Positions 14,832-27,062 of a stretch of DNA of 64,000 bases are shown here, in pieces (the stretch's first letter is position 1; the number at the start of each line of letters is the position of its first letter). Made by a program: the position numbers and the translations under genes. The notes under the pieces are model-generated. The model saw nothing but the letters and a program-made list of their open reading frames with translations, did no database searches and was not told the DNA's origin. This stretch comes from Eledone cirrhosa. Taxonomy: Eukaryota. The stretch spans positions 33,418,001 to 33,482,000 of the forward strand of contig OZ024745.1 in NCBI GenBank assembly GCA_964016885.1, read 5' to 3'.

Positions 14832-15021
14832 GGCGGTGAATTGGCAGTATCGGTAGAGGGTTGGACGCCATGCTTTCTAGCATAGTTACGTCCCTTTACA
14901 GTCTGAGTTCAAATCCCGCCGAGGTTAACTTTGCCTTTCATCCTTACGGGGTCGATAAAATAAAGTACCAGTAATGTACTGTGTAATTGCTAGCCTTGTG
15001 CCTAAAGTAGAAACAATTATT
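14832..15021 (+). mobile_element. tRNA-derived SINE, family A, full length with TSD
   Basis: A-box-like TGGCAGTATCGG, B-box GAGTTCAAATCC, 3' AAAGTAGAAACAATTATT; ATTATTTATATAAATAT repeated at 14812-14828 and 15016-15032; about ten related copies in the window. Confidence 0.9.
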
Positions 15022-15299
15022 TATATAAATATTTAATTAAATATAATTTAGTATATAAATTATGTAATATTCATTCATTATTTATTTAAAGTAATCCAAC
15101 TTATTTTAAAAACTGGATTAAAATAAATAAGCCGTATGCAGTCCCGCACTCCTTACTTTTATTATAGTTTAAATGGTAATGAAAGAGTTAATCAGAACTT
15201 AGAGAATTTGAAAAAGTTATCCTAATGTGGCAGTATTGGGAGTTATGTCTGCAGGATTATTTAAATATAGAGACATGTGTGTGCTCAGTGTTACAGTTG

Positions 15300-15950
15300 C
15301 TGGTGGAGGTAGTTGTGGTGGTAGCAGTTGTGGTGGTGGTAGTAGTGGTGGCGATGGTGGTAGATGTGGTGGCGATGGTGGTAGTGGTGGTGGCGATGGT
15401 GGTAGTGGTGTTTGTGGAGGTAGTTGTGGTGGTGGTGGTGGTAGTGGTGGTGGTGGTACTGGTTGTGGTTGTGGTGGTGGTGGTGCTAGTGGTGTTTGTG
15501 GAGGTAGTTGTGGTGGCGTTGGTGGTAGTGGTGGTCGTGGTTGTGGTAGCAGTGGTGGTGACGATGGTGGTAGTTGTGGTGGCGATGGTGGTAGCGTTGG
15601 TGGTAGTGGTGGTGGTGTTAGTGGAGGTAGTTGTGGTGGTGGTGTTAGCGATGGTGGTAGTGGTGGTGGTGATAGTGGAGGTAGTTGTGGTGGTGGTGTT
15701 AGCGATGGTGGTAGTGGTGGTGGTGATAGTGGAGGTAGTTGTGGTGGTGGTGTTAGCGATGGTGGTAGTGGTGGTGGTGATAGTGGAGGTAGTTGTGGTG
15801 GTGGTGTTAGCGATGGTGGTAGTGGTGGTGGTGATAGTGGAGGTAGTTGTGGTGGTGGTGTTAGCGATGGTGGTAGTGGTGGTGGTGATAGTGGAGGTAG
15901 TTGTGGTGGTGGTGTTAGCGATGGTGGTAGTGGTGGTGGTGATAGTGGTA
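15300..15950. repeat. (GGT)n-derived low-complexity tract with about six 54-bp units
   Basis: Unit GGTGATAGTGGAGGTAGTTGTGGTGGTGGTGTTAGCGATGGTGGTAGTGGTGGT at about 15620-15950; gives the poly-P, poly-V and poly-G ORFs. Confidence 0.9.
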
Positions 15951-16294
15951 TCAATGGTTTGTTTATGTTTATATAGCTTCTTTCATCTGATTTTGGAGAA
16001 TTAACTGATATTACAAAAGTTGGATTGGAATGGTTGTTTTTATCTAAGATATGAAACAACCATTTTTCAAACAGTGGACTACTTCTGTCGTAGAAACTTA
16101 GCTTTTCTTTGCTTTTACTCGGTAGGTCTGAAGGAAGGGGCAGAACCCATGGTCTTTACAGGCCTTTTGAGAATAAAGAGATTCATGCTGCTGATGTTTT
16201 GTGAGGGAGAGAGAGAGAGAGAGAGTTCCAGATGGTTGATGTTCTGGGTAGAGTTGTTAATGCAAGGCATAAGGTATTTGTTGGAGACACATGT

Positions 16295-16535
16295 GAAGGC
16301 GTATGGCTTAGTGGTTAGAGCATTGGGCTTGCAATTGAAAGGTTGTGAGTTCAATTCTCGGACCAGGTGATGTGTTGTTTCCTTGAGCAAGACACTTTAT
16401 TTCATGTTGCTCCAGTTTACTCAGCTGTAGAAATGAGATGATAGGACTGGGGTCCCTATCATTAAATTACCCAAGACACCTCCAACGAGATATACCTTGG
16501 AGGAGGCCAGCTAAACCTGCATAGGTGTGAGCTGT
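16295..16535 (+). mobile_element. tRNA-derived SINE, family B, tail type 1
   Basis: A-box TGGCTTAGTGG, B-box GAGTTCAATTCT, body TCCTTGAGCAAGACACTT...CTCCAGTTTACTCAGCTGTAG, hairpin at 16438-16462, tail ending AGGTGTGAGCTGT before (CA)n; same tail at about 32845-32938. Confidence 0.85.
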
Positions 16536-17279
16536 CACACACATACACACACACAGGAGATAAGAAGAGAGACAAATGAGTCAGGAGTGTCTGAGTGGTG
16601 GCAGCTTGAGTTCAGCAAAGTGGTTGAAGTTTCAATAGATTTTGTCTCAATAATTTTTTACATAATTAATTTCAGTAACAAAAAGATTTTCTGAGTCTTT
16701 GATAGCACAGGAATAATTCTTGATTTTACTGGAAAAAGAATTTGAATCAACACCTATGTTATGTTATCAAGAATGTGTAGATATATCTCCTCTCCCCAAG
16801 TGTCATTCTATAGCAAAACTGTAACTAGAAGCCATAAAACATGTTGATTCATCTCTGCTTCTTCTATCACCACTACTGTAACAGCTTGTTCTTCAAACGT
16901 TTTTTTAAAGTGCTTTTCAGAGTTCTTTCAAGATACATCATATAAAAATTGTATTAATTCATAGAGAGTGAACTAATTTACATAGCAGTGTTAACTTACC
17001 AGCTGTTATTTCATTCCAGGATGAGATTATAGATAAATATATTCTGTATAGAATTTTAAAGTTTTCATTCCATGTTTGTGTATTAGTAATTTAACAATTG
17101 TCAAAGTAACATCAATATTGAAATTAACTCAGCACGTGAATTAAGATGGATTTAGTTTTGGCTAGAAGTTGTTTTTTTCTTGGAATTATAGGGGCAAGAG
17201 TTAAACTAAAAAAAAAAAAAAGGTTTCTATGGTTGAAATTATACTGTTAATTTGATACCCACACTGTACTACTAAGAAA

Positions 17280-19580
17280 TTGATATTTCCACAGTTTCAT
17301 TTTATGAGGACTATCCTCAGGAGAAAAATATGGAAGCTAAAGGACCCCACAGCCAGGAATAAATTTCAAAGCATATTACTTGATGCTTTCGACAGTAAGG
17401 AAGAACATTTAGAGTCGGACAATATAGAGGGAGAGTGGGAATTTCTGAAAGCAAACCTGCTGTTGGCGACAGACGAAGTCTGTGGCTGGAGCAGGCCTGT
17501 AGGCAGGAGGAGAGTAACATGGTGGTGGAACAGTAAGGTGGAGGGGTCAATTAAGGCCAAAAAGCAGGCTTGGAAAGTATGGCGGGATGGGGGAAGTAGA
17601 GAGGACTATCAAGTGGCCAGGAGGGAAGCTAGGAGACAAGTGTACTTAGCAAGAAGGGAAGCTGAGGAAAGAAAGTTCAAGCATGTTCTACAACGCGATG
17701 ACCAAAAACGTGAGGTGTTCAGGATTGCTAGGCAATGCGTCAAGGAAAACCGTGATATTGTCGGGGAGAAGTGTGTACTAAACGACGATGGCACACTTGC
17801 CATCACCGACGCTGATAAGAAGGTAGCTTGGAAGTGTCACTATGAAAGGCTACTAAATGAGGAGAATAAATGGGAGAAAGACAGTCTCCCCCATATCGAC
17901 CCAATAGAGGGACCAGCAGTGTTAGTCGAGGGGAGTATAATAAGTAAGGCAATCAAGGATATGAAGACGGGTAAGGCGGCTGGGCCTTCGGAAATAGTTG
18001 CTGAGATGCTGAAGGCATCTGGCACGGTGGGACACACCATGGTCACCCGCATAGTTAACCAAGTCGTACAGAATGGGGTTGTTCCGAAGGACTGGCATAG
18101 CAGCATCATCGTTAACTGTTATAAGGGTAAAGGAGACGCCCTAGATAGGAGTAACTATAGAGGCATTAAATTAATCGACCAGGTCATGAAGGTCACGGAA
18201 AAAGTAATAGCGCAACTAATCAGAGAGAGAATTGACCTAGATGAAATGCAGTTCGGGTTTGTGTCAGGCAAAAGTACCACAGACGCTCTTTTCATAGTAC
18301 GACAACTACAGGAGAAGTACCTAGCTAAAGGTAAACCCCTCTACTTAGCCTTTGTCGACTTGGAGAAAGCCTTCGACAGAGTCCCCCGCTCCATTATCTG
18401 GTGGGCTCTTAGAAAACTAGGCGTTGACGAATGGCTTGTGAGGGCTATACAAGCCATGTATAAAGAAACAGTCAGCAAGGTTAGAATTAACAACGAATAT
18501 AGTGAAGAGTTTAGCGTAAAAGTTGGCGTCCATCAGGGCTCTGTTCTCAGCCCACTACTATTTATTATTGCCCTTCAGGCTATAACAGAGGAGTTCAAGA
18601 CAGGCTGCCCATGGGAACTCCTATACGCAGACGACCTGACACTCATAGCGGAATCAATGGCCGAGCTAGAGAAGAAATTCCAAACATGGAAGCACGGCCT
18701 AGAGTCAAAAGGACTTAAAATTAACCTGGCTAAGACCAAAGTACTAGTTTGTAGGAAAGAAATCAAGGCGGCGGTCCCTTCTGGGAAATGGTCGTGCTCG
18801 GTGTGTAGGAAAGGCGTAGGTAGAAACTCCATTTTATGTCCTAAATGCAAAGTATGGGTGCATAAAAGATGTAGTGGGATCACAGGTAAGCTAACTAAGA
18901 ACATAGATTTTACATGTGGCCGGTGCTCTGATGCAATAAGTAGCAGCAAGTGCCCACAAAATACTAGCTCTTTCAATTGCGCAGAGGGTTCTATAGAAAT
19001 AGTGGACAGCTTCCGTTACCTGGGCGATAAAATCAGCAGTGGGGGAGGGTGCTCTGAAAGTACTGTAGCTAGAGTCAGAACTGGTTGGAAAAAGTTCAGA
19101 GAGCTTATACCACTATTAGCTGCTAAAGGGTTCTCACTAAAAATGAAAGGCAGGTTGTACGATGCCTGCATACGAACAGCAATGCTGCATGGCAGTGAGA
19201 CCTGGGCATTGTGTGCAGAGGATATACGCAGACTAGAGAGGAACGAAGCTTGCATGCTCCGCTGGATGTGTAACAGTAATATACGTGAACGGCAAAGCAT
19301 AAACGAACTAAGGAAAAAATTAGAGATAAGAGGGATCAGATGTTGTTTACTCGAGAGAAGGCTACGTTGGTATGGACACGTGATGCGCATGAAAGTCGAT
19401 AGCTGTATAACAAAGTGCAGGGCAATAAAGATAGACGGTAGCCACGGAATAGGCAGACCTAGAAAAACCTGGGACGAGCTGATAAACTCCGACATCACAC
19501 ACTTACACCTCTCCAAGACAATGTCACTGGACCGAGACCTTTGGCGGTACTCAGTAACAGAGAAGACCCGCCTTACCTAA
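17280..19580 (+). CDS. Partial LINE ORF: reverse transcriptase with PHD-like zinc finger; the TTG start is artefactual
   Basis: 766-aa uninterrupted frame; after YADD comes CSVC..(GVGRNSIL)CPKC..WVH..C..FTCGRC. Confidence 0.8.
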   Translation: MIFPQFHFMRTILRRKIWKLKDPTARNKFQSILLDAFDSKEEHLESDNIEGEWEFLKANLLLATDEVCGWSRPVGRRRVTWWWNSKVEGSIKAKKQAWKVWRDGGSREDYQVARREARRQVYLARREAEERKFKHVLQRDDQKREVFRIARQCVKENRDIVGEKCVLNDDGTLAITDADKKVAWKCHYERLLNEENKWEKDSLPHIDPIEGPAVLVEGSIISKAIKDMKTGKAAGPSEIVAEMLKASGTVGHTMVTRIVNQVVQNGVVPKDWHSSIIVNCYKGKGDALDRSNYRGIKLIDQVMKVTEKVIAQLIRERIDLDEMQFGFVSGKSTTDALFIVRQLQEKYLAKGKPLYLAFVDLEKAFDRVPRSIIWWALRKLGVDEWLVRAIQAMYKETVSKVRINNEYSEEFSVKVGVHQGSVLSPLLFIIALQAITEEFKTGCPWELLYADDLTLIAESMAELEKKFQTWKHGLESKGLKINLAKTKVLVCRKEIKAAVPSGKWSCSVCRKGVGRNSILCPKCKVWVHKRCSGITGKLTKNIDFTCGRCSDAISSSKCPQNTSSFNCAEGSIEIVDSFRYLGDKISSGGGCSESTVARVRTGWKKFRELIPLLAAKGFSLKMKGRLYDACIRTAMLHGSETWALCAEDIRRLERNEACMLRWMCNSNIRERQSINELRKKLEIRGIRCCLLERRLRWYGHVMRMKVDSCITKCRAIKIDGSHGIGRPRKTWDELINSDITHLHLSKTMSLDRDLWRYSVTEKTRLT

Positions 19581-19957
19581 ATATATAGTAAAACCTACTC
19601 CAGCCAGTAGGCATCTCTAACAAAATACACCCCGTCCCACCACCACCACCCCCACCCCATCCACACCACCCCGTTCTATGTAAAGTTATGTTGGTGCCGC
19701 GCCATCGAGGCCGAAACAAATGAGATCGTGTAGGTGTCACGACAAAAAAACACACAGTCCACGCTGTAATGTGGCCGTGTAGGCAACACGGTAAAAACCT
19801 CCCAGACCCACACTGTAAATGTGGTTGGTGTTAGGAAGGGCATCCAACTGTAGAAAACCTGCCAGACAGTCCTATGCGAGCAAGACAATCACTCTTGCCT
19901 CAAGTGGGACTACCCTCGTCCAAACCCATGCAAGCGTGGAACACGGACGTTAAACGT

Positions 19958-19990
<33 letters not shown>
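17310..19990 (+). mobile_element. 5'-truncated RTE-clade LINE with intact remaining ORF, 3' UTR and (GAT)n tail
   Basis: RT motifs NYRGIKL, QFGF, FVDLEKAFD, GVHQGSVLSP, LYADD; RTE-type C-terminus [12 protein letters not shown]...GRPRKTW; (GAT)n tail at about 19958-19990; no endonuclease domain. Confidence 0.95.
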
Positions 19991-20079
19991 GTAAGACTAT
20001 ATTTTTTAAATATAAAAATACTTTTGTGTATCAAATGTTCAAATGAATGTAAGCCTGTATGAAATACATGTACATGCCT

Positions 20080-20515
20080 ATGCATTAATAGATACAGTTA
20101 AAAGTGTGCTTGTGTATGGAGTGGAGTGTTGAACATTCACAAAAGAGATAGAAAGATAGTTAGATGGCACATATACAAGACTACTGAGGAAAGTGCAAAA
20201 TGTAACTTGGAGGGAGCACAGAACAAACGAATCTTTATACGATAACCTGAGACCGATTACAGACATCATGAAGGTTAGAAGACTTGGTCTCATAGATCAC
20301 GTATGGTGAAGAGATTACGTAGAGGCATTACACCATTGCTATGGGATTCCACACATGGTAGAAGAAGAAGAGATCGGTCTCATGCTATGTTTCTGGATTG
20401 GGGTTTGTAAAGACACGAATCTTAGTAAGAATGAACTCACAGAGGCTATGCTGGATAGGGACAAGTGGAGAAGTATAATTATCAACGTTGTTCAAGGAAA
20501 TTCAACATGATGATG
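20080..20515 (+). mobile_element. Degenerate RTE-like LINE 3' fragment of another family
   Basis: Residual VKSVLVYGVEC*TFTK and RRLGLIDHVW; ends in ATGATGATG. Confidence 0.5.
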
Positions 20516-20565
20516 TCAGTATATATGTATGTTTGCATAAATAAATACATGTATACACACATAAA

Positions 20566-20624
<59 letters not shown>

Positions 20625-21309
20625 GCTGCAGGGTCATCTGTATGTATTTTGCTCAGACCTGCCAATGAGTCTTGCTGGGGCTGAAAAAGTTTTGGTAGCA
20701 TATATTTCTATCATTTATTATTTTTTTTACTGGTTTTAGCCATTAGAGTAAAGCCAGGCTGGGGTTTTGCCTTGAAAAGATTTAATTAATCTGGAAGGAG
20801 TGTTTGAGGACTCTGCTCCCACGACCCACTCAGGAAAAAATGGGCGAAGAAGATATCAACCCAGTAGTAATTGTTTTCATGTCTGGTGCTTATTTTATCA
20901 AACTTTTTTTTGTCGAATTGCTTAGTTACAGGACATAACATACATAGACCCAGACAGACACACACATTTGTAAATTTACTGTTTTAAACAAGTTTGTCAT
21001 TGTCTATATAGTTGTGTTTTCATTCCATTCCATTTCCTACATTGTTTTTTGCTTATATTTTATCTCCTAAAAATTATTAACAAGAGATCAATACTAACCA
21101 CAAGATCTTAAATCTAACACAATGCAGACAAATTGGAATGGTCAATTGATTTAAATTTTTTTTATTCATCTATAATCTTTTATCATTATTGTTTTTTCCA
21201 CTTTTTTTTTTCAAATATACTATTTCCTAACTACAAATGAATCAATCAATTTAAAGAGTCTGTTTTTATTTAATTAGACTACTCAAATATATTCCTAGGA
21301 TAAAATTAC

Positions 21310-21652
21310 ATCAGCATTTCATCATTTCATTTTACGTCCGCTTTTCCCTGCTTGCAAGGGTGGGACGGGAACTGATTCTGGCTTGATTTCTACAGCTGGA
21401 TGCCCTTCCTAACACCAACCTCATTTAGAGTGAGTGCTGGGTGCTTTTTTTCCATGGCACCTCCACGACCACTTTGCAGTGGAATGATAGGGACCCCAGT
21501 CCCTATCATCTCATTTCTACAGCTGAGTAAACTGGAGCAATGTGAAATAAAGTGTCTTGCTCAAGGAAACAACACATCACCCGGTCTGAGAATTGAACTC
21601 ACAACCTTTCGATTGCAAGGCCAATGCTCTAACCACTAAGCCATGTGCCTCC
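21310..21652 (-). mobile_element. tRNA-derived SINE family B joined to an RTE LINE 3' UTR tail
   Basis: 21510-21652 is the reverse complement of the head at 16295-16437. 21310-21483 is the reverse complement of the RTE 3' UTR (GGTTGGTGTTAGGAAGGGCATCCAGCTGTAGAAATCAAGCC...GGACGTAAAATG) seen at about 26795-27055. Confidence 0.85.
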
Positions 21653-22924
21653 ATATAAATAATAAAGAATTTAGTCAAACATAGAAAAAGAAAGTTGCAT
21701 TGGGAAAGACTATAAATGCCATAAATGGGAGGAAAAGGGCAAGGATTGTTAGGTAATAAAAGGGGGAAGGGGAGAGGGTGACAGACTCTACACCTAAATT
21801 AGAACAGTGTTTTGGCTGCACCCAACAGACAAAATAGCTAAACCTATAGAACTAAAAATGTCCAGTATCAAATCTAACAACTATGTACATAGGTTTTATC
21901 CCTCATCCTTTCATTGGGTGAAACAATAAGTTCATTTTATTGGAAATTAAGACATATCCAAGTAAAAAGTCAAGAAAATACTTAAAGAGCTACATGTTTG
22001 CTAATTTTTCTAAAATAATGGATTTTAATTGTTGGTCTTGTGCCTACAAGACCAACAATTTAGGGAGAGGGGAACGCAATTATATCAAACCAGGCCAAAA
22101 ATGAAGAATATGAGCAGGACAATCACCTGACTTGTCTAGCCTAACATGCCAGCTTGTCTAACTCATGCAAGCAGGGGTAATAGATGTTAAACTGTGATGA
22201 TGAAGATAATGATATTTTACTTTACTGGTTCCAGCCACTGTGCTGCTGTGGCCATGCTGTAGCAATCCCACAAAGACAGAAACAAGAAGAATATTTCACA
22301 AATGTCTTTTATAAGTGTCAGGGTTATAAGGAAGGAGAGAATAAGAAGTTGTTATGTAAAGTTGTGAAGTGATTCTGAATAGGTCAACAATGTACTGGTA
22401 TACAAAGACACACAACAACAACAACATCAATAATCTCTATTGTAGACACAAAGTGAGACTTGTTGTTATGTCTGTATAAATAAATACATGTGTGTAAGTA
22501 CTTGTGTGCATGTATGTGTGAATCTTATATGTTGTGCTTTTGATATATGGCAGTGTTGACCAAGTGCATTCTTTGTGTCTCTAGCATTAGAGAGGTTGTC
22601 TCATTGGATTCACAGGTCCTCTCCACCCCATTTTGGTTTCTAATTAGAGTGACTGTTCTGTTAAGTAAGCCACATTTTCGTAGCTCACAGAACCTGTGTT
22701 TACCCAGCACATACACAGAGAGGAGGGTGGTATCCACCCGATGTAGCCATTGAGTTCAAGAGGATGAAAGAAAGGTAGGTAGATAGGATGGTGGTGGGAT
22801 ATGGCAGCAATCTAGCAGGACATCAAGCATGTTCATGAAGAATTTTCGAATATGTGCTACAATAGGAATATGATCATTAATTGAGAAAGAGAGACAAGCA
22901 GAAACAATAGTGAAACAAAAACAA

Positions 22925-23270
22925 AAACAAGACTCATGACCATAATTAATGGTTGGCACAAATATCGAATTGAGGCTAGTGAGTTTGGCTTTTACACCTA
23001 TATCCCTTCTTCTGATGGCTGAATGCTGAAATTGGCACATTACTACACCAGCTCCTGCAATTCTTGCACTTAATTTAGCCTCTTACCTTCCATCACTCAT
23101 GAACATGGTGCCAAGATACTTGAACTTCACCTGCTTCAGTGGAACTCCATTCACATGTAGAGTGCACTGCGCAGGCTTCCTTGAGAGGACAAGTGTTTCA
23201 GTCTTCACTGCACTAATTTTCATTCCTACCATGCAGCACATGGCAGCAAAACCTATCAAGTGTATGTCTA
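22925..23270 (-). mobile_element. Degenerate RTE-like LINE fragment
   Basis: Residual minus-strand motifs KFKYLG and LNSIFVPTINYGHES. Confidence 0.5.
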
Positions 23271-23350
23271 AAACAAAACTAAAAAAAAAAAAAATACAAA
23301 ATACAACAAAAATCTTTGTTGCAGTTTTCAGATATAAAAAGGATTCTTAC

Positions 23351-23558
23351 CGTATACTGTTCAGTGAGACACGTTCATGTTTGTTTTTTGTAAGTTCTGG
23401 GATGAGAGACAGATGGGAGATCTGAACATTGGCCCAGCCAAATTGAAATACCAAGATAAAGGATATGTAGTATATTAGTTGTTTGGTATCACTTTCATCT
23501 TCACATGTAATGCAGGGATTGAAGATAAATGGAAAACTCAACAGAACACAGATAGTAC
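23351..23558 (-). CDS. MFSD12: MFSD12-like MFS transporter, coding exon 3 (208 bp)
   Basis: GTICVLLSFPFIFNPC...FQFGWANVQISHLSLIPELTKNKHERVSLNSIR matches the MFSD12 signature FQFGWAxxQISHLSLIPEL. Acceptor TTTCTCCCAATTTAG (phase 1), donor GTAAG (phase 2). Confidence 0.92.
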
Positions 23559-23597
23559 CTAAATTGGGAGAAAAATAAAATGTGTTAATCATTATAT

Positions 23598-25347
23598 ATA
23601 TGGGGTAGACATGGGGTCACTAATAGCAATGACAACCCATATAGGTGAGCAGTTACTCAAAAATATATAGGATTACATTGGGTAGACATGGGTTCCATAA
23701 GCAATAGCAAAGGCAACCCATCAATGTGAGCAGTCATTCTAAAATACATAGGACTACATGGGGTAGACATGGGTTCCATAAGCAATAGCAAAGGCAACCC
23801 ATCAATGTGAGCAGTCATTCTAAAATACATAGGACTACATAGGGTAGACAGGAGCTCCATAAGCAATAGCAAAGGTAACCCATCAATGTGAGCAGTCATT
23901 CTAAAATACATAGGACTACATGGGGTAGACAGGAGTTCCATAAGCAATAGCAAAGGCAACCCATCAATGTGAGCAGTCATTCTAAAATACATAGGACTAC
24001 ATGGGGTAGACATGAGCTCCATAAGCAATAGCAAAGGCAACCCATCAATGTGAGCAGTCATTCTAAAATACATAGGACTACATGGGGTAGACAGGAGTTC
24101 CATAAGCAATAGCAAAGGCAACCCATCAATGTGAGCAGTCATTCTAAAATACATAGGACTACATGGGGTAGACAGGAGTTCCATAAGCAATAGCAAAGGC
24201 AACCCATCAATGTGAGCAGTCATTCTAAAATACATAGGACTACATGGGGTAGACAGGAGCTCCATAAGCAATAGCAAAGGCAACCCATCAATGTGAGCAG
24301 TCATTCTAAAATACATAGGACTACATGGGGTAGACAGGAGTTCCATAAGCAATAGCAAAGGCAACCCATCAATGTGAGCAGTCATTCTAAAATACATAGG
24401 ACTACATGGGGTAGACAGGAGTTCCATAAGCAATAGCAAAGGCAACCCATCAATGTGAGCAGTCATTCTAAAATACATAGGACTACATGGGGTAGACAGG
24501 AGCTCCATAAGCAATAGCAAAGGCAACCCATCAATGTGAGCAGTCATTCTAAAATACATAGGACTACATGGGGTAGACAGGAGCTCCATAAGCAATAGCA
24601 AAGGCAACCCATCAATGTGAGCAGTCATTCTAAAATACATAGGACTACATGGGGTAGACAGGAGTTCCATAAGCAATAGCAAAGGCAACCCATCAATGTG
24701 AGCAGTCATTCTAAAATACATAGGACTACATGGGGTAGACAGGAGCTCCATAAGCAATAGCAAAGGCAACCCATCAATGTGAGCAGTCATTCTAAAATAC
24801 ATAGGACTACATGGGGTAGACAGGAGCTCCATAAGCAATAGCAAAGGCAACCCATCAATGTGAGCAGTCATTCTAAAATACATAGGACTACATGGGGTAG
24901 ACAGGAGTTCCATAAGCAATAGCAAAGGCAACCCATCAATGTGAGCAGTCATTCTAAAATACATAGGACTACATGGGGTAGACAGGAGCTCCATAAGCAA
25001 TAGCAAAGGCAACCCATCAATGTGAGTAGTCATTCTAAAATACATAGGACTACATGGGGTAGACAGGAACTCCATAAGCAATAGCAAAGGCAACCCATCA
25101 ATGTGAGTAGTCATTCTAAAATACATAGGACTACATGGGGTAGACAGGAACTCCATAAGCAATAGCAAAGGCAAGCCATCAATGTGAGCAGTCATTCTAA
25201 AATACATAGGACTACATGGGGTAGACAGGAGCTCCATAAGCAATAGCAAAGGCAAGCCATCTAGGTGACCAGTGACTTTAAAATACACAAGACTATATGG
25301 GGTAGCTGTGAATTCCATAATCTGTAGTGAAAGGTAACCCATCTAGG
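23598..25347. repeat. 81-bp minisatellite, about 21 copies
   Basis: Unit CCATAAGCAATAGCAAAGGCAACCCATCAATGTGAGCAGTCATTCTAAAATACATAGGACTACATGGGGTAGACAGGAGYT; homogeneous centre, diverged first and last units. Confidence 0.97.
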
Positions 25348-25761
25348 AGACCAGATACTTTGATTTCAAAATGATACAGACAGACAACCTCTCTAGTGCT
25401 GGTGGCTGTAATGTGGTTGGTGATAAGAAAGGCATTAGCCATAAAAACCCAACCAAATTATGGAAAACAAATTCTGTACCCATGTTATAAAAAATGATGA
25501 CAGTTATATTAATTACAGAAAAGAATTAACTTCCAAAAAGTGTCTTTTGTAAGGTAATGTGCACCTAACTATATATTATTCATGCAGAAGTCACCCATAG
25601 GAATTTCAGGAAGAAAAAGAAAAAAAGAAAAAGAAAAAGAAAAAAGGAAAGAAAAAAGAAAAAGAAAAAAGGAAAGGAAAAAGCAAAAGAAAAAGAAGAA
25701 GAAGAACAATAACAACAATGACGACAAACACATATTCACTTTTCACATTTCATTTTATTTC

Positions 25762-27062
25762 GTAATGCAGGCAATAAGAGAGGAGTTTAAGACCGGATGC
25801 CCATGGGAAAGCCTGTATGCAGATGGCCTCGCACTTATAGCTGAATCTATGGTAGAACTAGAGAAGAAATTCCAAACTTGGAAGCAGGGACTAGAAAGAA
25901 AGGGTCTCAAAGTCAACATGACAAAGACTAAGGTCCTTGTAAGTAGACGAGAAAACAGAACCCAGATCCCCTCAGGGAAATGGCCTTGCTCAGTATGTAG
26001 GAACTCCATTCTCTGCCCCAAATGCAAAGAATGGGTACACAAGAGATGTAGCGGGATCTCAGGAAGCTTAATTAAGAATGTAGGCTTCACATGCAGCAGC
26101 TGTACTGGGACAGCAAGCAGCAAACAGCCACAGGTAACAAGTACCACCAATCTCTGGGAGGGCTCTGTAGAGACAGTAGACAGCTTCTGCTACCTAGGTG
26201 ACCGAATTAGCAGCGGAGGTGGTGTTCAGAAAGTACAATAACTAGGGTAAGAACGGGATGGAAGAAGTTCAGGGAACTACTACCACTGCTAGCTGCAAAA
26301 GGCTTCTCCCTCAAAATGAAAGGCAGACTGTATGATGCGTGTATCCGAACAGCAATGTTACATGGTAGTGAGACCTGGGCGCTGAAGGTGGAAGACTTAG
26401 GTAGATTAGAGAGAAACGAAGCCTGCATACTCCGATGGATGTGTAATAGTAATATACGCGAACGACAAAGCATAAATGAATTGAGAGAGAGACTGAGCAT
26501 AAGAGGAATCAAATGCTGTGTGCAGGAGAGGCGGTTGCGTTGGTATGGACATGTGATGCGTATGAAGGATGACAGCTGCATTAAAAGGTGCAGAGCACTA
26601 GAAGTCAATGGAAACCGCGGAGTGGGGAGACCCAAGATGACCTGGGATGAGGTGATAAAAGCCGACCTTACCCAATTACACCTCTCAAAGGCAATGACAC
26701 ACGACCGTGACCTCTGGCGTCATGCAGTAATACAGAGTACCCGACCTCCCATGGGTACAAGCCGAAGCATATAGACAATATGCTCCCACACCCTTCCACT
26801 GTAAAGTGGTCGTGGAGGTGCCATGGCAAAAAAGCACCCAGCCCACACTGTAAAGTGGACGTGTAGGCGCCACGGAAAAAAGCACCCAGCACTCACTGTA
26901 AATGAGGTTGGTGTTAGGAAGGGCATCCAGCTGTAGAAATCAAGCCAAATCAGTTCCTGTATGAGCAAGGCATGGTCAGTCGACCAGACACTGCCCACGA
27001 CTGGACAACCCGTCTAACCCATGCTAGCATGGAAGAACGGACGTAAAATGGTGATGATGATG
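25762..27062 (+). mobile_element. 5'-truncated RTE LINE, sister subfamily, frameshifted
   Basis: ORFs 25582-26241 and 26316-26774 are collinear with the 17280 ORF (EEFKTGCPWE, PHD-like finger, [21 protein letters not shown]); YADD changed to YADG; GATGATGAT tail. Confidence 0.92.

Noticed and set aside
14832-14920. tRNA gene
   Set aside because: A and B boxes belong to a multi-copy SINE head; no complete cloverleaf.
15217-16059. Proline-rich, glycine-rich or valine-rich protein
   Set aside because: Three overlapping ORFs arise from a (GGT)n-derived repeat; no recognisable domain or supported splice partner.
22027-22060. Perfect 15-bp hairpin as terminator or miRNA
   Set aside because: Both arms resemble the SINE A tail (AATTGCTGGCCTTGTGCC), so it is best explained as a fold-back of SINE sequence.
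23657-25342. 561-aa repeat protein
   Set aside because: Translation of the 81-bp minisatellite inside an MFSD12 intron.
25582-25760. Lys/Glu-rich N-terminus of the 219-aa ORF
   Set aside because: Read-through of an A-rich microsatellite into a LINE fragment.
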